This document shows positions 1-10,375 of a stretch of 64,000 nucleotides of DNA, piece after piece. Position 1 is the stretch's first letter. Every line of letters begins with the position of its first letter. A program made the translations under genes and the position numbers. Where the stretch lies: NCBI GenBank assembly GCA_047285535.1, contig JBJBDC010000001.1, forward strand, positions 1,504,136-1,568,135. Reading direction: 5' to 3'. The notes below the pieces were generated by a model that did no database searches, was not told the DNA's origin, and saw only the letters and a list, made by a program, of their open reading frames with translations. This stretch comes from Synechococcus sp. GTDB lineage: Bacteria; Cyanobacteriota; Cyanobacteriia; PCC-6307; Cyanobiaceae.

Positions 1-994
<994 letters not shown>

Positions 995-1025
995 TTGCGA
1001 GGCAATGGCCCACTGCTGTCCAAGC

Positions 1026-1817
1026 ATGACTTCATCCCCGCGGGCCTTACTGCTGTTTGACATCGACGGTGTGATCCGCGATGTAGGAAGCAGCTACCGT
1101 CGGGCGATTGCCGAAACAGTTAATCACTACGGTGGCTTTCGCCCCGACCCAGCTGCAATCGATACGCTGAAGGCTGAGGGTTGCTGGAACAACGACTGGA
1201 AAGCGTCCCTTGAATTGTTACGGCGTAGTCCCTGGGGTCAGCAAAACCAGTCTTTGCCTTCCTTTAAAGCCCTGGTGGAGATCTTCAACAGCTTTTATTT
1301 CGGAGGCGATCCAAAAGGCGATCCTGCTGCCTGGCAAGGGTTCATTAACGATGAACCCTTGCTGGTTCATCCGGAGTTCTTTCAAACCCTCGAGCAAAAA
1401 GGTTGGCAATGGGGGTTTGTGAGCGGTGCAGAACCACCCTCGGCTCGCTTCGTCTTGGAGCAGAGGCTGGGCCTGATCAATCCACCTCTGATCGCGATGG
1501 GCGATGCACCAGACAAACCAGATCCCGAAGGACTCATCAAACTGGCGACCACTCTCCTGGGTTGCAATCCCGGTCTCGACGCTCCATTAATCGCGTATCT
1601 CGGTGACACAGTGGCGGACGTCCAAACCGTGATTCGAGCCCGTCAGCAGTTGCCTCAACAGCATTTCATAAGTCTTGCCGTCGTTCCTCCTCACCTACAA
1701 AACGACAAGCGATCTGAAGAAAGAAGTCGCTACGAAACAAACTTAAGGACAGCAGGAGCCGATTTAATCCTCACAAACACCATGGCGGCATTGAACTTGA
1801 ATCCAACTCAATTTTAA
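1026..1817 (+). CDS. HAD-superfamily hydrolase, TIGR01548 family
   Basis: Motif I LLFDIDGVIRD, WNNDW, DKPDP and YLGDTVAD. ATG 1026 preferred over 978. Confidence 0.9.
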   Translation: MTSSPRALLLFDIDGVIRDVGSSYRRAIAETVNHYGGFRPDPAAIDTLKAEGCWNNDWKASLELLRRSPWGQQNQSLPSFKALVEIFNSFYFGGDPKGDPAAWQGFINDEPLLVHPEFFQTLEQKGWQWGFVSGAEPPSARFVLEQRLGLINPPLIAMGDAPDKPDPEGLIKLATTLLGCNPGLDAPLIAYLGDTVADVQTVIRARQQLPQQHFISLAVVPPHLQNDKRSEERSRYETNLRTAGADLILTNTMAALNLNPTQF

Positions 1818-2959
1818 TGCGCAAAGAATGGCCCTTGATGGTTGGGGCAGTCAGCCTGATCGTCCTCCAAAGCACCCATCTATTGGATTGGCTGTTGCTG
1901 CAATCGGCGACCCTTGTCTTGAGCGGATTAGGGGTTCTCAGCCTCTTAATCCTTGTGCTGGCTAGACGCGTCGCCAGGCAAGCTGATCATCTCGCCGAAC
2001 AGTTAGGCGAACCGATTGGAACTCTGGTGCTGACTGGCTCCGTCATTTTGATCGAGCTGGCTCTGGTGTCGAGCACCATGCTGACCGGCGAGAGCAATCC
2101 CACGCTGGCAAGGGATTCCATGTTCTCGGTACTGATGATTGTGCTCACAGGAGTGAAGGGAATCACTCTGATCCTCGCCTCAAGGTTTCAACGCGTGGGC
2201 ATTACTGAACCTCTCCAGCCAGAGGACATGGCCACCATCAATCAAAGCGGTGCCTCCACCTACATCAACCTGATCACGACCATGAGCGTGCTCGTTTTGC
2301 TGCTACCCAATTTCAGCTCTGATAGCGCTGAAGCCAACTTTTCCTTGCCGATCAACTGGCTTCTCACCATGGTTGCCATTGGCCTCTATGCAGCCTTCCT
2401 CCTGTTTCAAACCGGCTCCTACCGCAACCTATTTCTGGACGCTTCCAAACAGCTGGAGCTACCTACAGCGCATGAGACCAACTTATTTCACCCCTCATCA
2501 GACAAAGAAGACAAGTCCAACATTCGTGATGGCCTTCTCATGGCCCTCGGACTTCTGATCTTGGCCCTGATCGCCGAATCCATGGGAGACCTGATCGAAG
2601 TTGGCATTACCGACGTCGGACTCCCAAGCTCCCTTGGTGGCCTGCTGGTGGGTCTGCTCGTGGTAGCACCGGAAGCTCTCAATGCCTTTCAAGCGGCCAA
2701 CCGCGGCGAGGTCCAACGATCTCTCAACACCCTCTACGCATCCTCTCTATCGACGCTTTGTCTCACCGTTCCAGCCGTGCTTTTGATCGGACAATTGACC
2801 GACACCAAGGTGATCCTTGGACTCAATCCAATGGAATCAGTGTTGCTCGTTCTCACACTGATCCTAGTCCGCCCTCTCAGCGGCAGAGTGAGCGAAATCG
2901 ATGGCCTAATGCTTTTAACAGTTGGGGTGGTCTGGGTCTCACTACAAGTTGTGAGCTGA
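1817..2959 (+). CDS. chaA: Ca2+/H+ antiporter (CaCA/ChaA family)
   Basis: About 11 TM segments; LAEQLGEPIGTLVL..IE and PEALNA..A..QRSLN alpha-repeat motifs. Confidence 0.85.
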   Translation: MRKEWPLMVGAVSLIVLQSTHLLDWLLLQSATLVLSGLGVLSLLILVLARRVARQADHLAEQLGEPIGTLVLTGSVILIELALVSSTMLTGESNPTLARDSMFSVLMIVLTGVKGITLILASRFQRVGITEPLQPEDMATINQSGASTYINLITTMSVLVLLLPNFSSDSAEANFSLPINWLLTMVAIGLYAAFLLFQTGSYRNLFLDASKQLELPTAHETNLFHPSSDKEDKSNIRDGLLMALGLLILALIAESMGDLIEVGITDVGLPSSLGGLLVGLLVVAPEALNAFQAANRGEVQRSLNTLYASSLSTLCLTVPAVLLIGQLTDTKVILGLNPMESVLLVLTLILVRPLSGRVSEIDGLMLLTVGVVWVSLQVVS

Positions 2960-2965
2960 GCGGCT

Positions 2966-4303
2966 TTATCGCTCCATCGAAGCGATGTCCTTGAGCGCAG
3001 CAGCCGTCAAAACCTCGTGACCATCGTCGAGAACGGCAACATCATCTTCAATGCGAATACCAATTCCTTTCCAGCGATCGTCAATTTCAGGCTGGCCATC
3101 AGGAACTGGTAATCGATCACTGACGTAAAGGCCAGGTTCCACGGTGAGCACCATTCCTGGATCAAGTTTCACATGATGCTCACCAAGCCGATAAGCACCT
3201 ACGTCATGGACATCCAAACCAAGCCAATGGCCTGTGCGGTGCATATAGAGATGGCGATAGGCACCTTGTTCGATAATTCCGTCCGCCTCTCCGGTGAGTA
3301 ATTTCAGTTCCAACAATCCATCCACAAGATGTCGTACAGCGGTCTGATGCACCTCCTCCGCGGTCCCTCCAGGTCTGACGGCCGCAATAGCTGACATCTG
3401 TGCATTCAGAACAACGTCGTAGAGATCTCGCTGTTCACCTGAGAAACGGCCATTAACTGGAAAGGTGCGAGTTATGTCTCCGTTGTAGTAATCACGGATT
3501 GAGCAACCTGCGTCAATCAGCAAGAGATCCCCGTCTCTAAGCACATGCTGATTATCGATGTAATGAAGGACGCAAGCATTGTCACCCCCGGCAACAATGG
3601 AGCTGTAAGCAGGACCACGAGCTCCTTGATCAAGGAAGTGAAACTCAATGAGAGCCTGAATCTGACGCTCGCTCATTCCTGGCTTCACGGCTTCACGAGC
3701 GATTTCATGCGCCTGAGCCGAGATATGGCAGGCCTCACGCATCCGATCCAGTTCTGCGGAATCCTTGCGCAGGCGAAGTTCATGGATCACCGGGCAAGGC
3801 GCCACCAAACCAAGAGCGGCAGATCCAAGGCGTGACGCTCGATCCAACTGTTCAGACCAGACTTCGAGTACCACGGACTCCACGTCCGGATGATGTCCCG
3901 TGCGAAAGGCAATCCCCTCAGCATCTCTTAGATAATCACGCAAGCGTTCTGGCAATTCAGATCGAGGATGTGCGATGTCAGCACCGAACTGATGAACAGC
4001 TCCCTCTGTTCCCCACCGCCGTCCTGTCCACACCTCAGCAGCAGGCTCTCGAGGGTTCACGAACAACACGTATCTCTCCCCCTCCGGCCGATGCGGCAAA
4101 AAAAGAGCTACCGCATCAGGCTCATCAAATCCTGTGAGATACCAGAAATCGCTGTTCTGGCGAAATGGCCACTCACAGTCGGCATGGTGTGTCACCAGGG
4201 TTGCCGCTGGAATCACAGCGGCCGCACCGCCAAGATGGGAGATGAAGCGCTGACGCCTTTCGGCGTAGCCCTGGGAATCAATTGGGAGCGAACTATGAAC
4301 CAC
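2966..4303 (-). CDS. pepP: Xaa-Pro aminopeptidase P
   Basis: FRQNSDFWYLTGF, LIDAG, DITRTFP, HWLGLDVHD, TVEPG and IRIEDD metal ligands. GTG 4303 chosen; the ORF extends to 4345. Confidence 0.95.
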   Translation of the reverse strand: MVHSSLPIDSQGYAERRQRFISHLGGAAAVIPAATLVTHHADCEWPFRQNSDFWYLTGFDEPDAVALFLPHRPEGERYVLFVNPREPAAEVWTGRRWGTEGAVHQFGADIAHPRSELPERLRDYLRDAEGIAFRTGHHPDVESVVLEVWSEQLDRASRLGSAALGLVAPCPVIHELRLRKDSAELDRMREACHISAQAHEIAREAVKPGMSERQIQALIEFHFLDQGARGPAYSSIVAGGDNACVLHYIDNQHVLRDGDLLLIDAGCSIRDYYNGDITRTFPVNGRFSGEQRDLYDVVLNAQMSAIAAVRPGGTAEEVHQTAVRHLVDGLLELKLLTGEADGIIEQGAYRHLYMHRTGHWLGLDVHDVGAYRLGEHHVKLDPGMVLTVEPGLYVSDRLPVPDGQPEIDDRWKGIGIRIEDDVAVLDDGHEVLTAAALKDIASMER

Positions 4304-4356
4304 GACGGAGACAGTGCACCTTGTAGACGTCAGGATGGCAGGCAAAGCCTCCCTGC

Positions 4357-5370
4357 ATGACTCCCGACCTGCTGATCCTGATTCTGCTTGTGGGCGTAGT
4401 ACTGACTGGATCCGCCTTGTGTTCTGGCGTCGAGGCGGCTTTCCTGTCTGTGAATCCTGTTCGGGTTCATGAATTAGCAGGTCGAGCCAAACCGATTGCT
4501 GGTGCTCGCAGACTTGCCCAGCTTCGTCAACGACTGGGCCGAACCCTATCGGTGCTGGTCATTGCCAACAACGGCTTCAATATTTTCGGCAGTTTGATGC
4601 TCGGTGGCTACGCCGCTTGGCTGTTCGAAGATATGGGCATTAGCGCTGTGGCTCTCCCGCTATTTTCCATTGGTCTCACGGTACTGGTGATTCTTTTGGG
4701 GGAGATCCTCCCCAAAGCATTCGGCACGCGACTGGCGCTGCCCGTCTCACTCGCCAGTGCACCGATCTTGCACCTGCTTGGAGTTTTGATGCGTCCTCTG
4801 GTACTCCTGCTGGAGAGACTGCTGCCTGCCATTACCCAAGAAAGCGAACTCAGCACCGACGAAGAGGAGATTCGATTGCTGGCCCGCATGGGATCCCAAA
4901 CCGGCCAAATCGAAGCAGATGAAGCGGCCATGATCGCCAAAGTGTTTCAACTCAATGACCTCACCGCTAGGGATTTGATGACACCAAGGGTTGCGGCTCC
5001 GAGCTTGGATGGAGCGAGCACATTGACGCAGCTGAGGTCCGCTCTGCTCGAAAACGAGGCCCAATGGTGGGTGGTACTCGGTGATGCCGTCGACAAGGTT
5101 TTGGGTGTAGCAAGTCGTGATCGATTGCTGGCTGCACTGGTCCAAAATCAAGGTCAACTCACCCCAGCAGATCTCAGCGAACCCGTTGAATTTGTGCCTG
5201 AGATGATTCGTGTTGATCGACTGTTGACAGCCTTCCGACGCGACAACAGCGGGGTCCGAGTTGTGGTTGATGAATTCGGGGGTTTTGTTGGCGTCATTGG
5301 CCCTGATGCGGTGCTTGCGGTCCTCGCTGGCTGGTGGCGCAAGTCAGCAGGAGCCAATGCTTCGTCATGA
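4357..5370 (+). CDS. CNNM/DUF21 + CBS domain membrane protein (HlyC/CorC-like)
   Basis: SGVEAAFLS, GEILPKA, DLMTPR and VVVDEFGG. Confidence 0.9.
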   Translation: MTPDLLILILLVGVVLTGSALCSGVEAAFLSVNPVRVHELAGRAKPIAGARRLAQLRQRLGRTLSVLVIANNGFNIFGSLMLGGYAAWLFEDMGISAVALPLFSIGLTVLVILLGEILPKAFGTRLALPVSLASAPILHLLGVLMRPLVLLLERLLPAITQESELSTDEEEIRLLARMGSQTGQIEADEAAMIAKVFQLNDLTARDLMTPRVAAPSLDGASTLTQLRSALLENEAQWWVVLGDAVDKVLGVASRDRLLAALVQNQGQLTPADLSEPVEFVPEMIRVDRLLTAFRRDNSGVRVVVDEFGGFVGVIGPDAVLAVLAGWWRKSAGANASS

Positions 5371-6716
5371 CGGCGTCTGCGCCTACATCCACCGCTAAGC
5401 GGTGCCTCGCACTGCTGCTCACCTGGCGATCTCAGCTCAAGCTCAATAGCCGAGAGCAAACCCTCTTGGCTGGTTCGCTCAGGAGCTTGGACCTGCAATT
5501 GGAGCGCCTGGCAAATCGCAAACTGCGCGTCGCAGTGTTCGGTCGCGTTGGAGTTGGAAAATCAAGCCTCGTCAATGCGCTAATCGGCCATGATCTCCTG
5601 GCCACTGATGTAGCCCACGGCTGCACCAGACATCAACAGGCTGTGCCTTGGGAGATCTCAATTCCTGGCCTCAACACAATCGAGCTTGTTGACACACCAG
5701 GCATCGATGAAGTGGCTGCAGCAGCACGAGCAAGGCTGGCCGCACGCGTGGCCCTGCAGTCCGATCTTGTGTTGCTTGTCTTGGATGCGGATATCAGCAG
5801 GGTTGAACTCGATGCCCTGGAGACGTTGATCAGCAGTGGCAAACCAGTGTTAACGGTGCTGAACCGCAGTGACTGTTTCCCTACGGAGCAACTCCACAGT
5901 CTGCAAAGGAGCATTAGCCAAAGGATCGGGGAGCGCTGTTACCGCCATCACCGAGCCAGGCTGCCTCAGCCGATTGCCGTTTCAGCCGCCCCACGCCTGG
6001 CCTACCAACGATCCGATGGTCGAGTGCGGAGCAAGCAACAACCAGCGGTTGTGAACCCTTTACGCACGGCTGTGATCAATCTGCTGCAAGAGCAAGGCCA
6101 AGCCCTCTTGGCCTTCAATGCACTCCGGCAAGCAGAACGGCTCCAGCAACAACTGGAATCAGGGCGACTGGAGCGCCGACGACTAGATGCACAAGGCCTT
6201 ATCGGCCGCTACGCAGCGCTCAAGGCCACAGGGGTTGCTGCCAATCCTCTGGTGTTACTCGATCTAGCCGGAGGCTTGGCCTGCGACACCGCCTTAGTGG
6301 TGCAGCTCTGCAAGCTCTATGACCTGCCGATGGGAGGCCCTGCCGCACGACGACTCATGCAACGGCTATCGGGGCATAACGCCATGTTGGGAGGCGTCCA
6401 ACTGGGACTTCAGCTTGCGCTCTCTGGACTTCGACAGCTTTTGCTCATCGCTGCCCCCTTTTCCGGAGGTTTAAGCCTGGGTCCAGCGGCACCCGTTGCC
6501 GTCGCGCAGGCGGCTCTCGCCGTACACACAACGCGCAGGACTGGCCAGCTCACAGCCCGCTGGCTTGTCGATCAACGAGGTCGAGGGCGGCGAGGCAATC
6601 CAGCACCGATGACCCTCATGCGGCGACTGGTTCGAAGCGATAACAGCATGCAACGTTTACTTGCAGAGTGGCCACAGCCTCCGAGTCGGCCCCAGCGCGA
6701 TGGGCTCTTGCCATGA
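5367..6716 (+). CDS. Era-like GTP-binding protein with DUF697 C-terminus
   Basis: G1 GRVGVGKSS, G3 DTPG, G4 NRSD; ATGA overlap with the upstream gene. Confidence 0.88.
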   Translation: MTASAPTSTAKRCLALLLTWRSQLKLNSREQTLLAGSLRSLDLQLERLANRKLRVAVFGRVGVGKSSLVNALIGHDLLATDVAHGCTRHQQAVPWEISIPGLNTIELVDTPGIDEVAAAARARLAARVALQSDLVLLVLDADISRVELDALETLISSGKPVLTVLNRSDCFPTEQLHSLQRSISQRIGERCYRHHRARLPQPIAVSAAPRLAYQRSDGRVRSKQQPAVVNPLRTAVINLLQEQGQALLAFNALRQAERLQQQLESGRLERRRLDAQGLIGRYAALKATGVAANPLVLLDLAGGLACDTALVVQLCKLYDLPMGGPAARRLMQRLSGHNAMLGGVQLGLQLALSGLRQLLLIAAPFSGGLSLGPAAPVAVAQAALAVHTTRRTGQLTARWLVDQRGRGRRGNPAPMTLMRRLVRSDNSMQRLLAEWPQPPSRPQRDGLLP

Positions 6717-7291
6717 GCGCAACAATCGCCCTGCTCGGCACCAGCGCCGATCCACCAACACTCGGTCATCAGGCGCTACTAGAAAGTCTTTTGGTTCACT
6801 TTCAACGCGTCGCCACCTGGGCTAGCGACAACCCAATGAAACGTCACGATGCCTGCCTCGAGCTCCGTAGGGAATTACTCCAGACCTTGGTCAAGGCGAT
6901 CGACAACCCACGGGTGAGCATCGTTCAAACCCTCAGCAGCCCGTACACCATCACCACGCTTGAACGAGCAGCACATCTGTGGCCCGATCACGAGCTCTAC
7001 TTCGTTGTGGGAAGTGATCTGGCTGCTCAGATTCCCCATTGGAAGCAAAGCGAACTTTGGCTCAAGCGCTGCCGCTTGGGAGTGGTGCCGCGAAAGGGTT
7101 GGCCATTGGAACCCAAACATCTCGAACAACTCCGCCATCTCGGTGCAGAGATCACAGTGCTGCCCTTGCAGATACCCGAGACCGCCAGCTCCAGCATTCG
7201 CAAAACGATCGCGATTGATCAAATCCCTAAACCGCTCTTGCCGCTCCTCTTGCAGCACAATCTTTACGGACTCCAAGACGCTCCTTCCTGA
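6713..7291 (+). CDS. nadD: nicotinate-nucleotide adenylyltransferase
   Basis: GTSADPPTLGH, VVGSDL and SSSIR; ATGA overlap at 6713-6716. Confidence 0.93.
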   Translation: MSATIALLGTSADPPTLGHQALLESLLVHFQRVATWASDNPMKRHDACLELRRELLQTLVKAIDNPRVSIVQTLSSPYTITTLERAAHLWPDHELYFVVGSDLAAQIPHWKQSELWLKRCRLGVVPRKGWPLEPKHLEQLRHLGAEITVLPLQIPETASSSIRKTIAIDQIPKPLLPLLLQHNLYGLQDAPS

Positions 7292-7297
7292 ATTGTC

Positions 7298-9019
7298 ATG
7301 CGCATCGCCTTGGCCCAGACCAATCCTCTGGTGGGCGATCTGTCCGGGAACGCCAAACGACTTCTAGAGGCTTGTCTCAACATCAGCGATCAGGCGCAGC
7401 GCAACCCCCCAGCGCTTGTGGTGAGTCCAGAACTTTCACTTTGGGGCTACCCACCTCGAGACCTGCTGTTAAGCCCTGAGCATCTCCAGCAGCAAAGCCA
7501 GGTCCTAAACCAACTCCAACAGGAACTCACTCATTCCCTGCCGCAAACTGCCCTTCTGGTGGGGGTGGTGGAACCTGCACCAGACCAGCAGCATCCACGA
7601 CTCTTCAATGCCGCAGCCCTGGTGGAAGCCAACGGTTGGCGCGTCGTAGCCCGCAAACAGCTCCTTCCCACCTACGACGTCTTTGATGAATCGCGTTATT
7701 TCAGACCGGCCTACCAACCCGGTGTTCTGAGACTTGCCGCTGAAGGAAAGGAATGGCGCCTCGGTCTCACCATCTGCGAAGACTTGTGGGTAGAGGACGC
7801 GCTCCAAGAGCAACGCTTGGTGGGACCGGATCCGATTGCCAACCTGGTCCCGGAGCAAGTGGATGTGTTATTGAACCTCTCCGCGTCCCCTTTCGGCAGA
7901 ACCAAATCATCAATCCGGCATCAGCTCGCCGCCCGCGCTGCCAAACGATTGAATTGTCCGGTTATTTATGTGAACCAGGTCGGCGGCAACGACGAGTTGG
8001 TGTTCGATGGCTCCAGTTTCGTAGTGGCATCCACTGGTGAAGTGGAGTTGCAACTGCCCACCTGCCGTGAAGCGATCGCATGCTGGGACAGCACTGACAG
8101 GAGGGTCACAGCAGCGGCAGGTCAACCAGACACCTCGGAAAGCGCTGATCTCGAGGCACTATTCCAAGCCCTTGTACTCGGCGTGCGTGACTACGCGAGC
8201 AAGTGCAGCTTTGAACGCGTCCTGCTGGGTCTGAGTGGAGGCATTGACTCAGCTCTCGTGGCAGTGATCGCGGCAGCAGCACTCGGAGCAGACCGCGTGC
8301 AGGCGATGCTGATGCCCTCTCCCTGGAGTTCAAAAGGATCCATCAACGACGCAGAAGCTCTTGCACAACGCCTAGGAATTCTTACAAAAAAAATTCCGAT
8401 TGAAATGCTGATGGAGGGCTTCAAAGCCTCCCTCATTCCGGCACTGGGTCAAGCACCGTCAGGCATCACAGCCGAAAATCTGCAGTCCCGCATTCGAGGC
8501 ACCTTGCTGATGGCCGTTGCAAACCAGCAAGGACAACTCTTGCTCTCCACGGGCAACAAATCGGAGCTTGCGGTGGGTTACTGCACTCTGTACGGCGACA
8601 TGAATGGAGGATTGGCCGTCATCGGTGATCTCTACAAATCAACAGTGTTTTCCCTCTGCCGCTGGTTGGACAGCCCGGAAGCCAGAGTTTGTCGAACTGA
8701 CCTGGGGCTTCCAAGCAGCAACGAACTCATCGGACAAGAGATCTTGAACAAACCGCCGAGTGCAGAGTTACGCCCAGATCAGCAAGACAGCGATTCACTT
8801 CCTGATTACGCAACCCTTGATCCACTCCTTCATGATCTAATCGAAAAGCACAGCTCAGGCGCTCAATTAATCGCAGCCGGCCATGACCCTGCTGATGTGC
8901 AACGAATTGAACAATTATTCCGGCGATCGGAATTCAAACGCCGACAAGCTCCTCCAGTTTTGAAAGTGAGCCGCCAGGCCTTTGGTAGCGGCTGGAGGCT
9001 CCCCATCGCTGCCCGGTGA
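7298..9019 (+). CDS. nadE: glutamine-dependent NAD+ synthetase
   Basis: Nitrilase domain (PEL, RKQLLP, ICED) plus synthetase domain (GLSGGIDS, ENLQSRIRG, GNKSE, PPSAELRPDQ). Confidence 0.97.
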   Translation: MRIALAQTNPLVGDLSGNAKRLLEACLNISDQAQRNPPALVVSPELSLWGYPPRDLLLSPEHLQQQSQVLNQLQQELTHSLPQTALLVGVVEPAPDQQHPRLFNAAALVEANGWRVVARKQLLPTYDVFDESRYFRPAYQPGVLRLAAEGKEWRLGLTICEDLWVEDALQEQRLVGPDPIANLVPEQVDVLLNLSASPFGRTKSSIRHQLAARAAKRLNCPVIYVNQVGGNDELVFDGSSFVVASTGEVELQLPTCREAIACWDSTDRRVTAAAGQPDTSESADLEALFQALVLGVRDYASKCSFERVLLGLSGGIDSALVAVIAAAALGADRVQAMLMPSPWSSKGSINDAEALAQRLGILTKKIPIEMLMEGFKASLIPALGQAPSGITAENLQSRIRGTLLMAVANQQGQLLLSTGNKSELAVGYCTLYGDMNGGLAVIGDLYKSTVFSLCRWLDSPEARVCRTDLGLPSSNELIGQEILNKPPSAELRPDQQDSDSLPDYATLDPLLHDLIEKHSSGAQLIAAGHDPADVQRIEQLFRRSEFKRRQAPPVLKVSRQAFGSGWRLPIAAR

Positions 9020-9089
9020 TTTCAACTCACTTAATCCAGTGGCCATTCCTGCTGAGCAGGGTCAGATTGAAGAATCGTCGTCGGCAGCC

Positions 9090-10229
9090 ATGGCCCAATC
9101 CATACTGACGGCTCCGATGGCCACCATCGGAGTTCCTACAGAGATCAAAGTTGATGAGCAACGTGTCGCGTTGACCCCTGATGCGGTGAAAGAGCTGGTG
9201 ACCCATGGACTTGAGGTACGGATTCAATACGGAGCCGGAGCTGGAGCAGGGATTGATGACGACGCCTTTGCTTCTGCAGGCGCACAGATGGTGGATCGAG
9301 ACCAGGCCTGGGGAGCTCACCTGGTCGTGAAGGTCAAGGAACCGCAACCTGAGGAATTCCGTTTTTTACGGCAAGACATGGTGTTGCTGACCTACCTCCA
9401 CCTCGCGGCCTACCCAGAGGTTGGCGAAGCTCTTCTTGAGGCTGGGACCACGGGCGTTGCCTACGAAACGGTACAACTTGAAAACGGAAGCCTTCCCCTG
9501 CTGGCGCCGATGAGTGAAATTGCAGGTCGTCTCGCTGCACAAGTTGATGCGCGCCTGCTCGAGCGTCCCCAAGGGGGCAGAGGCGTTCTCATCGGAGGAT
9601 GCACAGGCGTGCAACCGGCTCGCGTGGTGGTGCTTGGTGCAGGCACCGTGGGGTGGAACGCAGCACGGCTCGCTGCGGCGATGGATGCCGAAGTAATGCT
9701 CCTGGATCGCTCTCCGGAACGATTACGCAGCCTGGATGCCTTTCGGCGAGGACGCCTGATGAGTCTCGTCAGCAGCCGAGGCCTTCTAGAGCGATTGATC
9801 CCAACAGCTGACCTGCTTATTGGTGCGGTCTTGACCCCTGGAGGCAGAGCTCCAACTTTGATTGATGAAGCCATGGTCCAAGGGATGAAACCTGGATCAG
9901 CGATCGTTGATGTGGCCATTGATCAAGGCGGCTGTATCTCCACCAGCAAGGAAACAACCCATACCAATCCCACAGTGACCATTCACGGTATTCAGCACTA
10001 TGCCGTCGGGAATATGCCCGGAGCCGTTCCTTTCACATCCACAGAGGCCCTCGTCAGCGTGACCTTGCCATACATCCTTGGCATTGCAGGGCGCGGCCTG
10101 GAGGAAGCGGTCACAGAACGGCCTGAATTGCTGTCTGGCCTGAATACGGTGCAGGGATCTGTATGCCATCCAGGCGTAGCAAAGGCACTGGACGTACCAC
10201 CACGTCATCCCATGGCCTGCTTGCGCTGA
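9090..10229 (+). CDS. ald: alanine dehydrogenase
   Basis: IGVPTEIK..EQRVAL, VKVKEP, LHLAA, PMSEIAGR, GAGTVG and DVAIDQGG. ATG 9090 preferred. Confidence 0.96.
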   Translation: MAQSILTAPMATIGVPTEIKVDEQRVALTPDAVKELVTHGLEVRIQYGAGAGAGIDDDAFASAGAQMVDRDQAWGAHLVVKVKEPQPEEFRFLRQDMVLLTYLHLAAYPEVGEALLEAGTTGVAYETVQLENGSLPLLAPMSEIAGRLAAQVDARLLERPQGGRGVLIGGCTGVQPARVVVLGAGTVGWNAARLAAAMDAEVMLLDRSPERLRSLDAFRRGRLMSLVSSRGLLERLIPTADLLIGAVLTPGGRAPTLIDEAMVQGMKPGSAIVDVAIDQGGCISTSKETTHTNPTVTIHGIQHYAVGNMPGAVPFTSTEALVSVTLPYILGIAGRGLEEAVTERPELLSGLNTVQGSVCHPGVAKALDVPPRHPMACLR

Positions 10230-10375
10230 TCATCATCTGGTTCTTGCTTGACGAAAAGAAGCTTCAGAACGCAGCAAACGGCTCAAAGCGAGCACAAACA
10301 TCAGCCTCAAACCAACAACATCCAAAGCCCCACCACTATCTAACAGAATCAAGATAGAGCCAAAAGACAACAATC

